The position numbers and the translations under genes are program-made. From an uncultured Pelagibacteraceae bacterium (lineage in GTDB: Bacteria; Pseudomonadota; Alphaproteobacteria; Pelagibacterales; AG-422-B15), in contig CACIBF010000001.1 in the NCBI GenBank assembly GCA_902584815.1, forward strand, positions 9,653-73,652: DNA of 64,000 bases, read 5' to 3'. The notes under the pieces were generated by a model. That model saw only the letters and a list, made by a program, of their open reading frames with translations. It had not been told where the DNA came from and did not search any database. Positions 22,302-30,816 of the stretch are shown here, one piece after another (position 1 is the first letter of the stretch; each line of letters starts with the position of its first letter).

Positions 22302-23150
22302 ATGATTTTAAAAAACTCCCCCGACTTGTGGATTGATCAATTTCCTTTTCCCGGAGATGCTGATCATAAGTATTCAAGAGGATTGGTATTAATTAACTCA
22401 GGCCCTGTATTTAAAACAGGTGCTGCTAGGCTTGCAGGAAGAGCCGCTATGAGAGTTGGTGCAGGAGCAGTAAAACTAATTTGCAACAAAGATTCCGCTC
22501 AAATTTTGGAGCCTCAAATATCGGTCGAGTTGATCGCTGTAATTCAGAATAAAAATGAATTTCAATCGATGCTTAAAGACAAGAAAATCTCATCAGTCTT
22601 GATAGGACCTGGAAATACCATCTCTGATGAAACAAAAGCCAGAACTCTTTTAGCTCTTGCTTTTATTGATCATGTTGTCATTGATGCCGATGCTATTACT
22701 AGCTTTGAAAGTTCCCCTGATGAACTATTTATAGATACATATGAACATACAATACTCACTCCGCATGAAGGAGAATTTAAAAGATTGTTCGGAGATGAAA
22801 TAAATAACATAGAAGATAAAGTGGTTAGAACAGTTGAAGGGGCAAAAAAAGCTGGAAGCATTGTTTTATTAAAAGGTTCAGACACTGTAATTGCTCATCC
22901 TTCAGGTAAAGTTGTAATCAACTCTTCTAAAGCCCCATATCTTGCTACAGCGGGGTCAGGTGATGTTTTAGCGGGAATAATATCATCATTAGTTGGTCAC
23001 AATAAAATGAAAGCTTTTGATGCAGCTTGTGCCGGTTCCTGGATCCATTCTCAGCTAGGTGAATTATTAGGGCCCGGATTAATCGCTGATGACCTAGTTG
23101 ATAATATTCCGCTTATAGTTAAAAACCTTTCAAAATTAAAGATACAATGA
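22302..23150 (+). CDS. nnrD: ADP-dependent NAD(P)H-hydrate dehydratase (YjeF C-terminal domain type)
   Basis: 282 aa. TPHEGEF, LLKGSDTVI and TAGSGDVLAG motifs. Confidence 0.8.
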   Translation: MILKNSPDLWIDQFPFPGDADHKYSRGLVLINSGPVFKTGAARLAGRAAMRVGAGAVKLICNKDSAQILEPQISVELIAVIQNKNEFQSMLKDKKISSVLIGPGNTISDETKARTLLALAFIDHVVIDADAITSFESSPDELFIDTYEHTILTPHEGEFKRLFGDEINNIEDKVVRTVEGAKKAGSIVLLKGSDTVIAHPSGKVVINSSKAPYLATAGSGDVLAGIISSLVGHNKMKAFDAACAGSWIHSQLGELLGPGLIADDLVDNIPLIVKNLSKLKIQ

Positions 23151-24982
23151 AAAAAATCTTAGTAACAATTTTAATCTTATTTGCTTTTACTGGCGCACAC
23201 TCCTTTTCAAATGAGACCGTTGATGAGTCAAAAGTAGTTTTAGATAATGTTGAGATTATTGGCACAAAAATAAATAAAGAGGATCAAAAAGATATATATG
23301 CATGGTATGGAATACCTTATGCCAAACCTCCAACAGGAGAGTTAAGGTGGAAAGCTCCACGTGATTTTGAATTTACATCAAATCGTTTTGATGCCACTAA
23401 ATTACCTAATAGATGCGTTCAAGTATCGAATTTTTATGATGAATTAATTAATGGACAAAAAGAAGGAACAATCTTTGGATCTGAAGATTGTTTGTATCTG
23501 AATATATTTTCACCCGCAGATTCTTTTAAAAGTGATAAAAAGCTCCCAGTGATGTTTTGGATTCATGGAGGTGGAAATACTTGGGGCTATTCAGCCTCTC
23601 CTATGTATATACCTACTAATTTTCTAAAATTTCATGATGTTATTCTCGTTTCCATTAACTATAGACTCGGACCTTTTGGTTGGTTTTCTGTACCAGACTT
23701 GAATTCCAATTCTAACGAGCCACTTGATCAATCGCCAAATTTTGGAACCCTTGATATGATAAAATCTTTGGAGTGGGTCAATAGAAATATTAGCTCTTTT
23801 GGTGGCGATCCAAATAATATTACTATTTTTGGGGAGTCTGCAGGTGCTCGAAACGTTCTTTCACTTTATCTTGCTGAATCAGCAGAGAACTTGTTTCAAA
23901 GAGGAATAGTACAAAGTGGATACCTAGTTTCAGATGATCTTGAATATTCAAGAAATAATCCAGTTTCAGGATCAATGACATTTGTTAAAAGTAGTTTGAA
24001 TAAAAAAAATTCCAACATGAATCCAATGACTCTAAAAGAGACATTGGAAGATGTAGATAATTTAGGAGATTATTTAAGAGATCTATCTAAAGAAGAGATC
24101 ATAAGTTTTTATCGTGTTAGAGAAGATTCTGGAGGTCTAATTGATGTTCCCAATGTAATTCCAGATGGAATTATAATTCCAGAGGAGGGTATTTTTGAAT
24201 CATATGTCAGGGGAAAATTTCAAGATAAAGAAATAATTTTAGGAACAAACCGAGACGAGAATAAGCTGTTTATAAGTGGAGATAAAAGATTTGTAAAAAC
24301 TGTACTACCAGGTTTTATTGCAAATATGCATCCAACACTAGGATTATGGACAAAACAAAGAGATGAGAAATTTTACGACACTTATTCAAGATATGAAAGT
24401 GATGCATGGAAATTAGATGCTGTAGACAATCTATCCAGAAATATATCAAGTAAAAATATTAACAATGTATATTCATATAGATTTGATTGGGACGAAGAAC
24501 CATCCTTTCTTGGTATGGATTTTTCAAAATTATTAGGAGCAGCTCATGGTCTAGAAATTGGTTTTATTTTTAATTCACCAGAGATAATTGATGGAAGAGA
24601 AAGTAATTTATCTGAAATTTTATATAGGAAAGAAAATGCAATTTTTGATAAAAACTTATCTATTTTAATGAGTCAATACTGGGTGAACTTTGCTTATGAC
24701 GGTAACCCTAATTCAAATCCATACCCACTAAAAATGAAATGGGATCATTGGGTAAATAAAAGTAACGAAAAATTTATAGTATTTGATACTGAAAATGATC
24801 AAGGTATAAAAATGAATAATGCAATATTATCATCAGACTCTATAATACAAAATCTATCAAGTGAAAATCTAACTATTGAACAAAAATGTATTATCTTTGA
24901 TGATCTATTTGATCGCACAACATTATCTAAAAAAGAAGTCTCATTTTATTATGATAGTTTTTTAAATGGTCAATGTATCTAA
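23147..24982 (+). CDS. Secreted type-B carboxylesterase/lipase family protein
   Basis: Signal peptide. Oxyanion WIHGGGNTWG, nucleophile elbow FGESAGA, His region GAAHGLE. ATGA overlap with nnrD. Confidence 0.85.
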   Translation: MKKILVTILILFAFTGAHSFSNETVDESKVVLDNVEIIGTKINKEDQKDIYAWYGIPYAKPPTGELRWKAPRDFEFTSNRFDATKLPNRCVQVSNFYDELINGQKEGTIFGSEDCLYLNIFSPADSFKSDKKLPVMFWIHGGGNTWGYSASPMYIPTNFLKFHDVILVSINYRLGPFGWFSVPDLNSNSNEPLDQSPNFGTLDMIKSLEWVNRNISSFGGDPNNITIFGESAGARNVLSLYLAESAENLFQRGIVQSGYLVSDDLEYSRNNPVSGSMTFVKSSLNKKNSNMNPMTLKETLEDVDNLGDYLRDLSKEEIISFYRVREDSGGLIDVPNVIPDGIIIPEEGIFESYVRGKFQDKEIILGTNRDENKLFISGDKRFVKTVLPGFIANMHPTLGLWTKQRDEKFYDTYSRYESDAWKLDAVDNLSRNISSKNINNVYSYRFDWDEEPSFLGMDFSKLLGAAHGLEIGFIFNSPEIIDGRESNLSEILYRKENAIFDKNLSILMSQYWVNFAYDGNPNSNPYPLKMKWDHWVNKSNEKFIVFDTENDQGIKMNNAILSSDSIIQNLSSENLTIEQKCIIFDDLFDRTTLSKKEVSFYYDSFLNGQCI

Positions 24983-25004
24983 ACTGTAATGAATATCTCT
25001 GTTA

Positions 25005-25136
25005 ATGAAGAAACAAAATCTGCCAACTAAAATTTGTATTACTTGTAAAAAAGAATTCTCATGGAGAAAGAAATGGGAATTAAATTGGGGCAATGTAAAA
25101 TATTGTTCAAAACGTTGCTCACCTAGAAACAAATGA
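25005..25136 (+). CDS. DUF2256-like small zinc-ribbon protein (43 aa)
   Basis: Below the ORF-track size cut-off. MKKQNLPTKICITCKKEFSWRKKWELNWGNVKYCSKRCSPRNK has CxxC...CxxxC and the FxWRKKW...YCSxRC pattern of DUF2256. Confidence 0.6.
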   Translation: MKKQNLPTKICITCKKEFSWRKKWELNWGNVKYCSKRCSPRNK

Positions 25137-25188
25137 AGCTCTAAATTCTTTGAGTTGTATTAAGTATTTAATCAATTAGATTTAATAA

Positions 25189-26058
25189 ATGCAATCAAAG
25201 CATCTTATTTTAGTACTAATCATAATGGTTTTGTATGGAAGCTCTTATCCAGTTGGAAAACTTGGAATAGATACTATTCCTCCTTTATTATTTACTGCCC
25301 TAAGACTTGGATTAATTTTTTTAGCGTTTTTACCTTTCTTCAAACTAAAGCTGCCTGAAAAACATTTATTAAGGCCGCTGTTAGGATTTTCTCTTGCTAT
25401 GGGAATAGGAACTTATGTGACAATGTATTATGCATTAGAACAACTATCTATTGTTGCGCCAATTATTATTGGAGCACAACTATCAATTCCATTTGGATTG
25501 ATGCTTAGTTTAGTTTTCTTAAGAGAGAAAATTTCCTTAAGACGTTGGGTCCTTATATTTTTATCCTTCATTGGAATAGTCATTATTGCTTATGACCCTA
25601 GAATTATTGACGATAAGTTTGGGCTGCTTTTGGTAATTGTAATGGCATTTTTCTATGCACTTTCTAATCTTATGGCAAGAGTATTAAAAGAAGTTGACAC
25701 AGCAACTCTAAATGGTTGGCATGGCCTTATTGCATTTATACCCGTTGCAGTACTGACACTTGTTTTTGAAGGAAATCCACTCAACTACTTGACTCCTATA
25801 AATGGATTAGCAGTTTTTACAGTTTTTCACACAGCTTTAATCGTCTCAGCAATTGGTCATGCAGGAATGTTCTATTTGTACAAATTTTACCCTATATCAA
25901 ATGTACTGCCGTTTTACTCATTATTCCCTATCTTTGGTTTAATATTAGCTTTTATTATATTTTCTGAAACATTAAGTATTTATGAAATAATTGGTGGTAT
26001 TTTAATCTTAGGATCAGTTTTTCTAATTCATAAAGAAAACAAAAAAGAAAATTCTTAA
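25189..26058 (+). CDS. EamA/DMT-family transporter
   Basis: 289 aa, about 10 TM helices in two EamA-like halves. Confidence 0.85.
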   Translation: MQSKHLILVLIIMVLYGSSYPVGKLGIDTIPPLLFTALRLGLIFLAFLPFFKLKLPEKHLLRPLLGFSLAMGIGTYVTMYYALEQLSIVAPIIIGAQLSIPFGLMLSLVFLREKISLRRWVLIFLSFIGIVIIAYDPRIIDDKFGLLLVIVMAFFYALSNLMARVLKEVDTATLNGWHGLIAFIPVAVLTLVFEGNPLNYLTPINGLAVFTVFHTALIVSAIGHAGMFYLYKFYPISNVLPFYSLFPIFGLILAFIIFSETLSIYEIIGGILILGSVFLIHKENKKENS

Positions 26059-26993
26059 ACTAAATTTTTGGGATGATTACTATAAAAAGAATTTATATTA
26101 TCTATAAGCTGATTAACTGCGTTGTTAAGTGTTGCATTTGATGCCCAAGCTGTATGAGGCGTCCAAATGAAATTAGACTTATCAATTATATTATAATAAG
26201 GATGATTTTTTTTTGGAGGTTCAGTTGTTGCTACATCTATTCCAGCGCCTGCAATTATATTCTTTTTTATAGCGGATACTAAGTCTTGTTCATTAACAAT
26301 GCCACCTCGTGCGGTATTAATTAGTATTGATGTTTTTTTCATTAACTTTAATTCTTTAATAGTAATTAAATTTAATGTGTTCTTTTCTAGTGGGCAGTGA
26401 ATAGTTAAAATATCACATTTTGATAAAAAATTTTTAAAATCAGATCTTTTAAAATTTCTAACAGAAAAAAAAGTTGCCTTCATATCAAAAGCTTTAGATA
26501 TTTTCATGACTTGGTTTCCAATAGCACCTCTTCCTATGATGCCAATCGTTTTGCCATTTAGATCACCAATAGATCTATTTAAAAGTGCAAAAACTTTTCT
26601 CTTTTGCCAGATGTCAGTCTTAATATCTTTTTCAAGACCTTTTATTTGCTTAATTAAATTTAATGTGATTGCAAAGACATGTTCAGCGACAGAAATTGAT
26701 GCATAATCCCTAAGATTGCATAAATAAATATTGTTTTTTCTGCAGAAATTCAAATCTACTATATTTGTTCCTGTTGCAGTAATTGCTATAAGCTCAAGAG
26801 ATTTTGCGGCTCTCAAATCTGTAGCTGATAGTTTAGTTTTATTTGTAACAATTATATTTGCATTTTTAATTCTTTGAGCAACCTGCTCTGGATTTGTAAA
26901 TTTAAAATTTTTCCAACTATTTTTAAATTTTAGTTTTGGTATTAAAATCTTTTTTGGAAAAGTATCTCTGTCTAAAAAAACTACTGTCTTCAT
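26055..26993 (-). CDS. D-isomer-specific 2-hydroxyacid dehydrogenase (glycerate dehydrogenase/hydroxypyruvate reductase-like)
   Basis: NAD-binding GIIGRGAIG. NTARGGIV and TPHTAWAS catalytic regions. Confidence 0.88.
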   Translation of the reverse strand: MKTVVFLDRDTFPKKILIPKLKFKNSWKNFKFTNPEQVAQRIKNANIIVTNKTKLSATDLRAAKSLELIAITATGTNIVDLNFCRKNNIYLCNLRDYASISVAEHVFAITLNLIKQIKGLEKDIKTDIWQKRKVFALLNRSIGDLNGKTIGIIGRGAIGNQVMKISKAFDMKATFFSVRNFKRSDFKNFLSKCDILTIHCPLEKNTLNLITIKELKLMKKTSILINTARGGIVNEQDLVSAIKKNIIAGAGIDVATTEPPKKNHPYYNIIDKSNFIWTPHTAWASNATLNNAVNQLIDNINSFYSNHPKNLV

Positions 26994-27120
26994 TTGTTGT
27001 TAAAATCTAATAATTGACGTCATATTTTTTGATATTAATATACTATATTGCTTAATTTGAACCTCTAAATTATTGCTGTAATAATCTTAAAAATAGTCTA
27101 TTTTGCATTTTCTATTAATC

Positions 27121-27205
27121 GCGGCTATGGTGGAATTGGTAGACACGCTGGTTTTAGGTACCAGTGAGGCAACTCATGGGGGTTCGAGTCCCTCTAGCCG
27201 CACCA
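27121..27205 (+). tRNA. tRNA-Leu (anticodon UAG)
   Basis: Acceptor GCGGCTA/TAGCCGC, anticodon stem CTGGT/ACCAG with loop TTTAGGT, long variable arm, T-loop TTCGAGT, encoded CCA. Confidence 0.95.
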
Positions 27206-27215
27206 AAGAGTTTAT

Positions 27216-28643
27216 ATGAATTATAAAGAAACAATTAATAAAGGGCTTAAAAGAGGTTATGAGGTAACTATTAAATCTGAAGAATTTAATAGCGGAGTGA
27301 ATCAAAAAACCGAAGAAGTTAGAAAAACTATCAAAGTTGATGGTTTTAGGCCTGGAAAAGTTCCAGCTTCAATTGTAAGTCAGAAACATGGAGACTCTAT
27401 AAAAGCAGAAGTGTTAAACAAACTTATAAATGATAATGTATTCAATATAGTTCAAGAAAAAAAATTTAGACCAATAGCGCAACCTAAAGTTGATCTAAAA
27501 GAAAAGAAAAAAGAGTCTGAAGATACAATTTTTACATTTGAAATTGAATTATTTCCTGAAATTGAACTAGTTAATTTTGAAAAGTTAAATATAGATGCAT
27601 ATAAAGTTAAAATTAAGGATAAAGAGGTTGATCAGAGAGTTGAGCTTATTGCTAAAAATCAAAAGTCATTTAAAGATCAACCGGATGAATACAAAGCCAA
27701 AAAAGAAGACTCTGTTCGCTTAGACTATGAAGGTACGATTGATGGAAAGAATTTTGATGGCGGCAAAGCAGAGGAGCAGACTATAGTAATTGGATCAGGT
27801 CAGTATTTAAAAGATCTCGAAGATGGTTTAATTGGTTTAAAGGCTGGAGATACAAAAAAAATTCCTGTTAAGTTTCCAGATAACTATCAAGCTGAAGATT
27901 TAAAAGGTGCCAATGCCATTTTCGAATGTAAAATTAGAAAAATTGGATCACCAGAGGAAACAAAGATTGATGATGCTTTTGCGAAGTCAGTTGGAACTGA
28001 GAACTTAAAAGATCTTAAAACTAAGGTTAAAGATCAAATGCAAAAAGAATATGATGATCTTACTAAAAATATTTCTAAAAAGAATTTATTCGATATTCTT
28101 GAAAAAGAGCATAAATTTGAAATGCCAGAAGGATTAATTGAAACTGAATTTAATAATTTACAACAAGGTCATTTAACTTCACAGAATCCATCTTCAGATG
28201 ATCATAAAAAAGAAATCAAAGACCAAAAACTATCAAGTAGTAGTGAAAAGAAATTTAAAGATGAGGCCGCTAAAAGAATTCAGCTTGGTTTAGTGCTCCA
28301 AGAAGTCGGTCGACTGAATAATATTCAAGTAACTCAAGATGAAATGAATAAAGCCCTATACGAATATGCAATGAATTTTAGGGGCCAAGAACAGAAAGTT
28401 ATTGAGTATTACAAGAATAATCAAGATGCAATGACGCAGTTACAGGCGCCTATCTATGAAAGTAAAATTTTGGACTTTATACTCGAAAAAGTTAAGCTAA
28501 AATCTACTGATATAGATGTTGATTCGTTCATAAAAATTTATAATGGCGGAAACACTGAAAAATCTTCATCAGATAAAAAGAAAACAGTAAAGAAGAAGGC
28601 TGTTAAAAAGACTTCTACAAAAAAGAAAGCTACGAAGAAATAA
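27216..28643 (+). CDS. tig: Trigger factor
   Basis: Ribosome-binding signature GFRPGKVP and an FKBP-like middle domain. 475 aa with a Lys-rich C-terminal tail. Confidence 0.93.
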   Translation: MNYKETINKGLKRGYEVTIKSEEFNSGVNQKTEEVRKTIKVDGFRPGKVPASIVSQKHGDSIKAEVLNKLINDNVFNIVQEKKFRPIAQPKVDLKEKKKESEDTIFTFEIELFPEIELVNFEKLNIDAYKVKIKDKEVDQRVELIAKNQKSFKDQPDEYKAKKEDSVRLDYEGTIDGKNFDGGKAEEQTIVIGSGQYLKDLEDGLIGLKAGDTKKIPVKFPDNYQAEDLKGANAIFECKIRKIGSPEETKIDDAFAKSVGTENLKDLKTKVKDQMQKEYDDLTKNISKKNLFDILEKEHKFEMPEGLIETEFNNLQQGHLTSQNPSSDDHKKEIKDQKLSSSSEKKFKDEAAKRIQLGLVLQEVGRLNNIQVTQDEMNKALYEYAMNFRGQEQKVIEYYKNNQDAMTQLQAPIYESKILDFILEKVKLKSTDIDVDSFIKIYNGGNTEKSSSDKKKTVKKKAVKKTSTKKKATKK

Positions 28644-28646
28644 ATT

Positions 28647-29267
28647 ATGAATGACAAAGTTACAATGAACACTCTTATACCAATGGTGGTTGAGCAAACC
28701 GGTAAAGGTGAAAGAGCATATGATATTTATTCAAGATTATTAAAAGAAAGAATTATTTTTTTGGTGGGGCCTGTACATGATGGACTAGCATCCTTAATTT
28801 CTGCGCAGTTATTATTTTTAGAGTCCGAAGATCCTGAAAAGGAAATTTACTTGTATATAAATTCTCCTGGGGGGGTTGTATCTGATGGATTGGCTATATA
28901 TGACACTATGCAATTTATCCAGTGTCCAGTCTCTACATTATGTTTTGGTCAAGCTGCTTCTATGGGATCTTTTCTTCTCGCGGCTGGAGAAAAAGGCAAA
29001 AGATTTGCATTGCCTAATAGTAGAATTATGGTTCATCAGCCATCAGCGGGTTTTCAAGGTCAAGCTACAGATATTGAAATTCACGCAAAAGAAATTGCTT
29101 CAACTAAAAGTAAACTAAACAGCCTATACTCAAAACATACCGGGCAAGATGTTAAAGCTATTGAAGAAGCATTGGAGCGAGATAACTTTATGGACCCTGA
29201 ATCTGCAAAAAAATTTGGAATTATCGATGAAATTCAAGAAAAAAGAGTTCCAAAAATCGAGAAATAG
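28647..29267 (+). CDS. clpP: ATP-dependent Clp protease proteolytic subunit
   Basis: [11 protein letters not shown] (Ser), MVHQP (His) and LERD (Asp). Confidence 0.95.
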   Translation: MNDKVTMNTLIPMVVEQTGKGERAYDIYSRLLKERIIFLVGPVHDGLASLISAQLLFLESEDPEKEIYLYINSPGGVVSDGLAIYDTMQFIQCPVSTLCFGQAASMGSFLLAAGEKGKRFALPNSRIMVHQPSAGFQGQATDIEIHAKEIASTKSKLNSLYSKHTGQDVKAIEEALERDNFMDPESAKKFGIIDEIQEKRVPKIEK

Positions 29268-29424
29268 CCTCAAAAACACTCTTTAATTCATTGTTTATAA
29301 ACAGTTTTTCAAGATCAAATTTCGAATAAAGATTGAATTTTTTTAAAATTAATGGTTCCTTTATATCTGCAATGATTCGAGCAAAATACTTATTTTCGAC
29401 TTATTGTATAAATATTATTTTGAT

Positions 29425-30690
29425 ATGACTGAAAATAGTACTGATAAAAATAAAAATACTTTGTATTGCTCATTTTGTGGCAAAAGCCAACATGAGGTAA
29501 AGAAACTTATAGCTGGCCCAACTGTTTTTATATGTGATGAGTGTGTTGAGTTATGCAATGATATTATTCAAGAAGAAAACAAAGAAAATAATTCAAAAAG
29601 TTCTGGAAAAATTCCAACACCAAAAGAAATATGTGCGAGTTTAGATGATTTTGTCATTGGTCAAAAAGGAGCAAAGTACAATCTTTCTGTTGCAGTTCAT
29701 AATCACTATAAAAGAATTGAACATTCAGCATCTAAATCAGATGTAGAGCTCTCTAAATCAAATATTTTATTAATAGGACCTACAGGTTGTGGCAAAACTC
29801 TATTAGCTCAAACTCTAGCTAGAATTCTTGACGTTCCATTTACGATGGCTGATGCAACAACTCTCACTGAAGCAGGGTATGTTGGTGAAGACGTTGAAAA
29901 TATTATCCTCAAACTTCTACAAGCTTCTGACTATAATGTTGAAAAGGCTCAGAGAGGAATTGTATATATAGACGAAATTGACAAAGTTAGTCGAAAATCA
30001 GAAAACCCATCAATTACAAGAGATGTATCAGGTGAAGGAGTTCAACAGGCATTGTTAAAAATAATGGAGGGAACGGTTGCAAGTGTACCTCCTCAAGGTG
30101 GAAGAAAACATCCGCAGCAAGAGTTCCTACAAGTTGATACAACCAATATATTATTTATTTGTGGTGGTGCATTTTCAGGGCTAGATAAATTAATTAATAG
30201 AAGAGCCAAAGGTTCAGGTATGGGCTTTCAAGCAAATGTAAAATCAGCAGAAGTTAAAAATATAAGCATGGCATTGAATGATTTAGAGCCTGAGGATTTA
30301 TTAAACTACGGATTAATCCCGGAGTTTGTTGGAAGGCTGCCTATTGTTACAACTCTTGAAGATTTAGATGAAGAGTCTCTGATCAAAATACTTCAAGAGC
30401 CTAAGAATGCTCTTGTAAAGCAATATCAGACTTTGTTTAACATGGAGGATGTAAAATTAATTCTTTCAAAAGACGCATTAAAAGTTATAGCAAAAAAAGC
30501 GATTGAAAGAAAGACCGGCGCGAGGGGATTAAGATCAATTCTGGAAAATATACTGCTTGATACAATGTTTGAACTACCTTCTCTTGAAGGAGTTGAAGAA
30601 GTAGTTATCAATGCAGAAGTGGCTGAGGGCAGAGCACGACCCTTATACATCTACTCAGATAATAAAAAGACTTCAGAAACAAGCGCTTAG
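29425..30690 (+). CDS. clpX: ATP-dependent Clp protease ATP-binding subunit ClpX
   Basis: ATG at 29425 preferred over the TTG at 29404. Zinc-binding CSFCG...CDEC and Walker A GPTGCGKT. Confidence 0.95.
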   Translation: MTENSTDKNKNTLYCSFCGKSQHEVKKLIAGPTVFICDECVELCNDIIQEENKENNSKSSGKIPTPKEICASLDDFVIGQKGAKYNLSVAVHNHYKRIEHSASKSDVELSKSNILLIGPTGCGKTLLAQTLARILDVPFTMADATTLTEAGYVGEDVENIILKLLQASDYNVEKAQRGIVYIDEIDKVSRKSENPSITRDVSGEGVQQALLKIMEGTVASVPPQGGRKHPQQEFLQVDTTNILFICGGAFSGLDKLINRRAKGSGMGFQANVKSAEVKNISMALNDLEPEDLLNYGLIPEFVGRLPIVTTLEDLDEESLIKILQEPKNALVKQYQTLFNMEDVKLILSKDALKVIAKKAIERKTGARGLRSILENILLDTMFELPSLEGVEEVVINAEVAEGRARPLYIYSDNKKTSETSA

Positions 30691-30710
30691 AGCGTTATTA
30701 AACTCGCTTC

Positions 30711-30739
30711 CTTGAAATTCTGTCTTTTATGCACATCTA
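30711..30739 (+). promoter_or_regulatory. Sigma32 (RpoH)-type heat-shock promoter candidate for lon
   Basis: CTTGAAA-N14-CACATCTA against the consensus CTTGAA-N13-15-CCCCATNT. Lies 78 nt upstream of the lon ATG. Confidence 0.35.
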
Positions 30740-30816
30740 AATATATGTGTTTGTGATTATGTCTTTACTATGATCTCAAATCAATTTTTTATAAATAGAA
30801 TATTTTTTGATTCATT

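Noticed and set aside
27014-27041. Sigma70-like promoter TTGACG-N16-TAATAT upstream of tRNA-Leu.
   Set aside because: At least two other equally good -35/-10 combinations exist in the same 127-nt AT-rich spacer (for example TTGAAC-N16-TAATAA). The sequence alone cannot choose between them.
29292-29303. 12-bp palindrome TGTTTATAAACA after clpP.
   Set aside because: It is almost entirely A/T and too short to stand out from compositional background. It has no usable loop for a terminator.
29372-29428. 18-codon upstream ORF whose TGA overlaps the clpX ATG (ATGA).
   Set aside because: It has no SD and no recognisable leader-peptide features. Such short ORFs are expected by chance.
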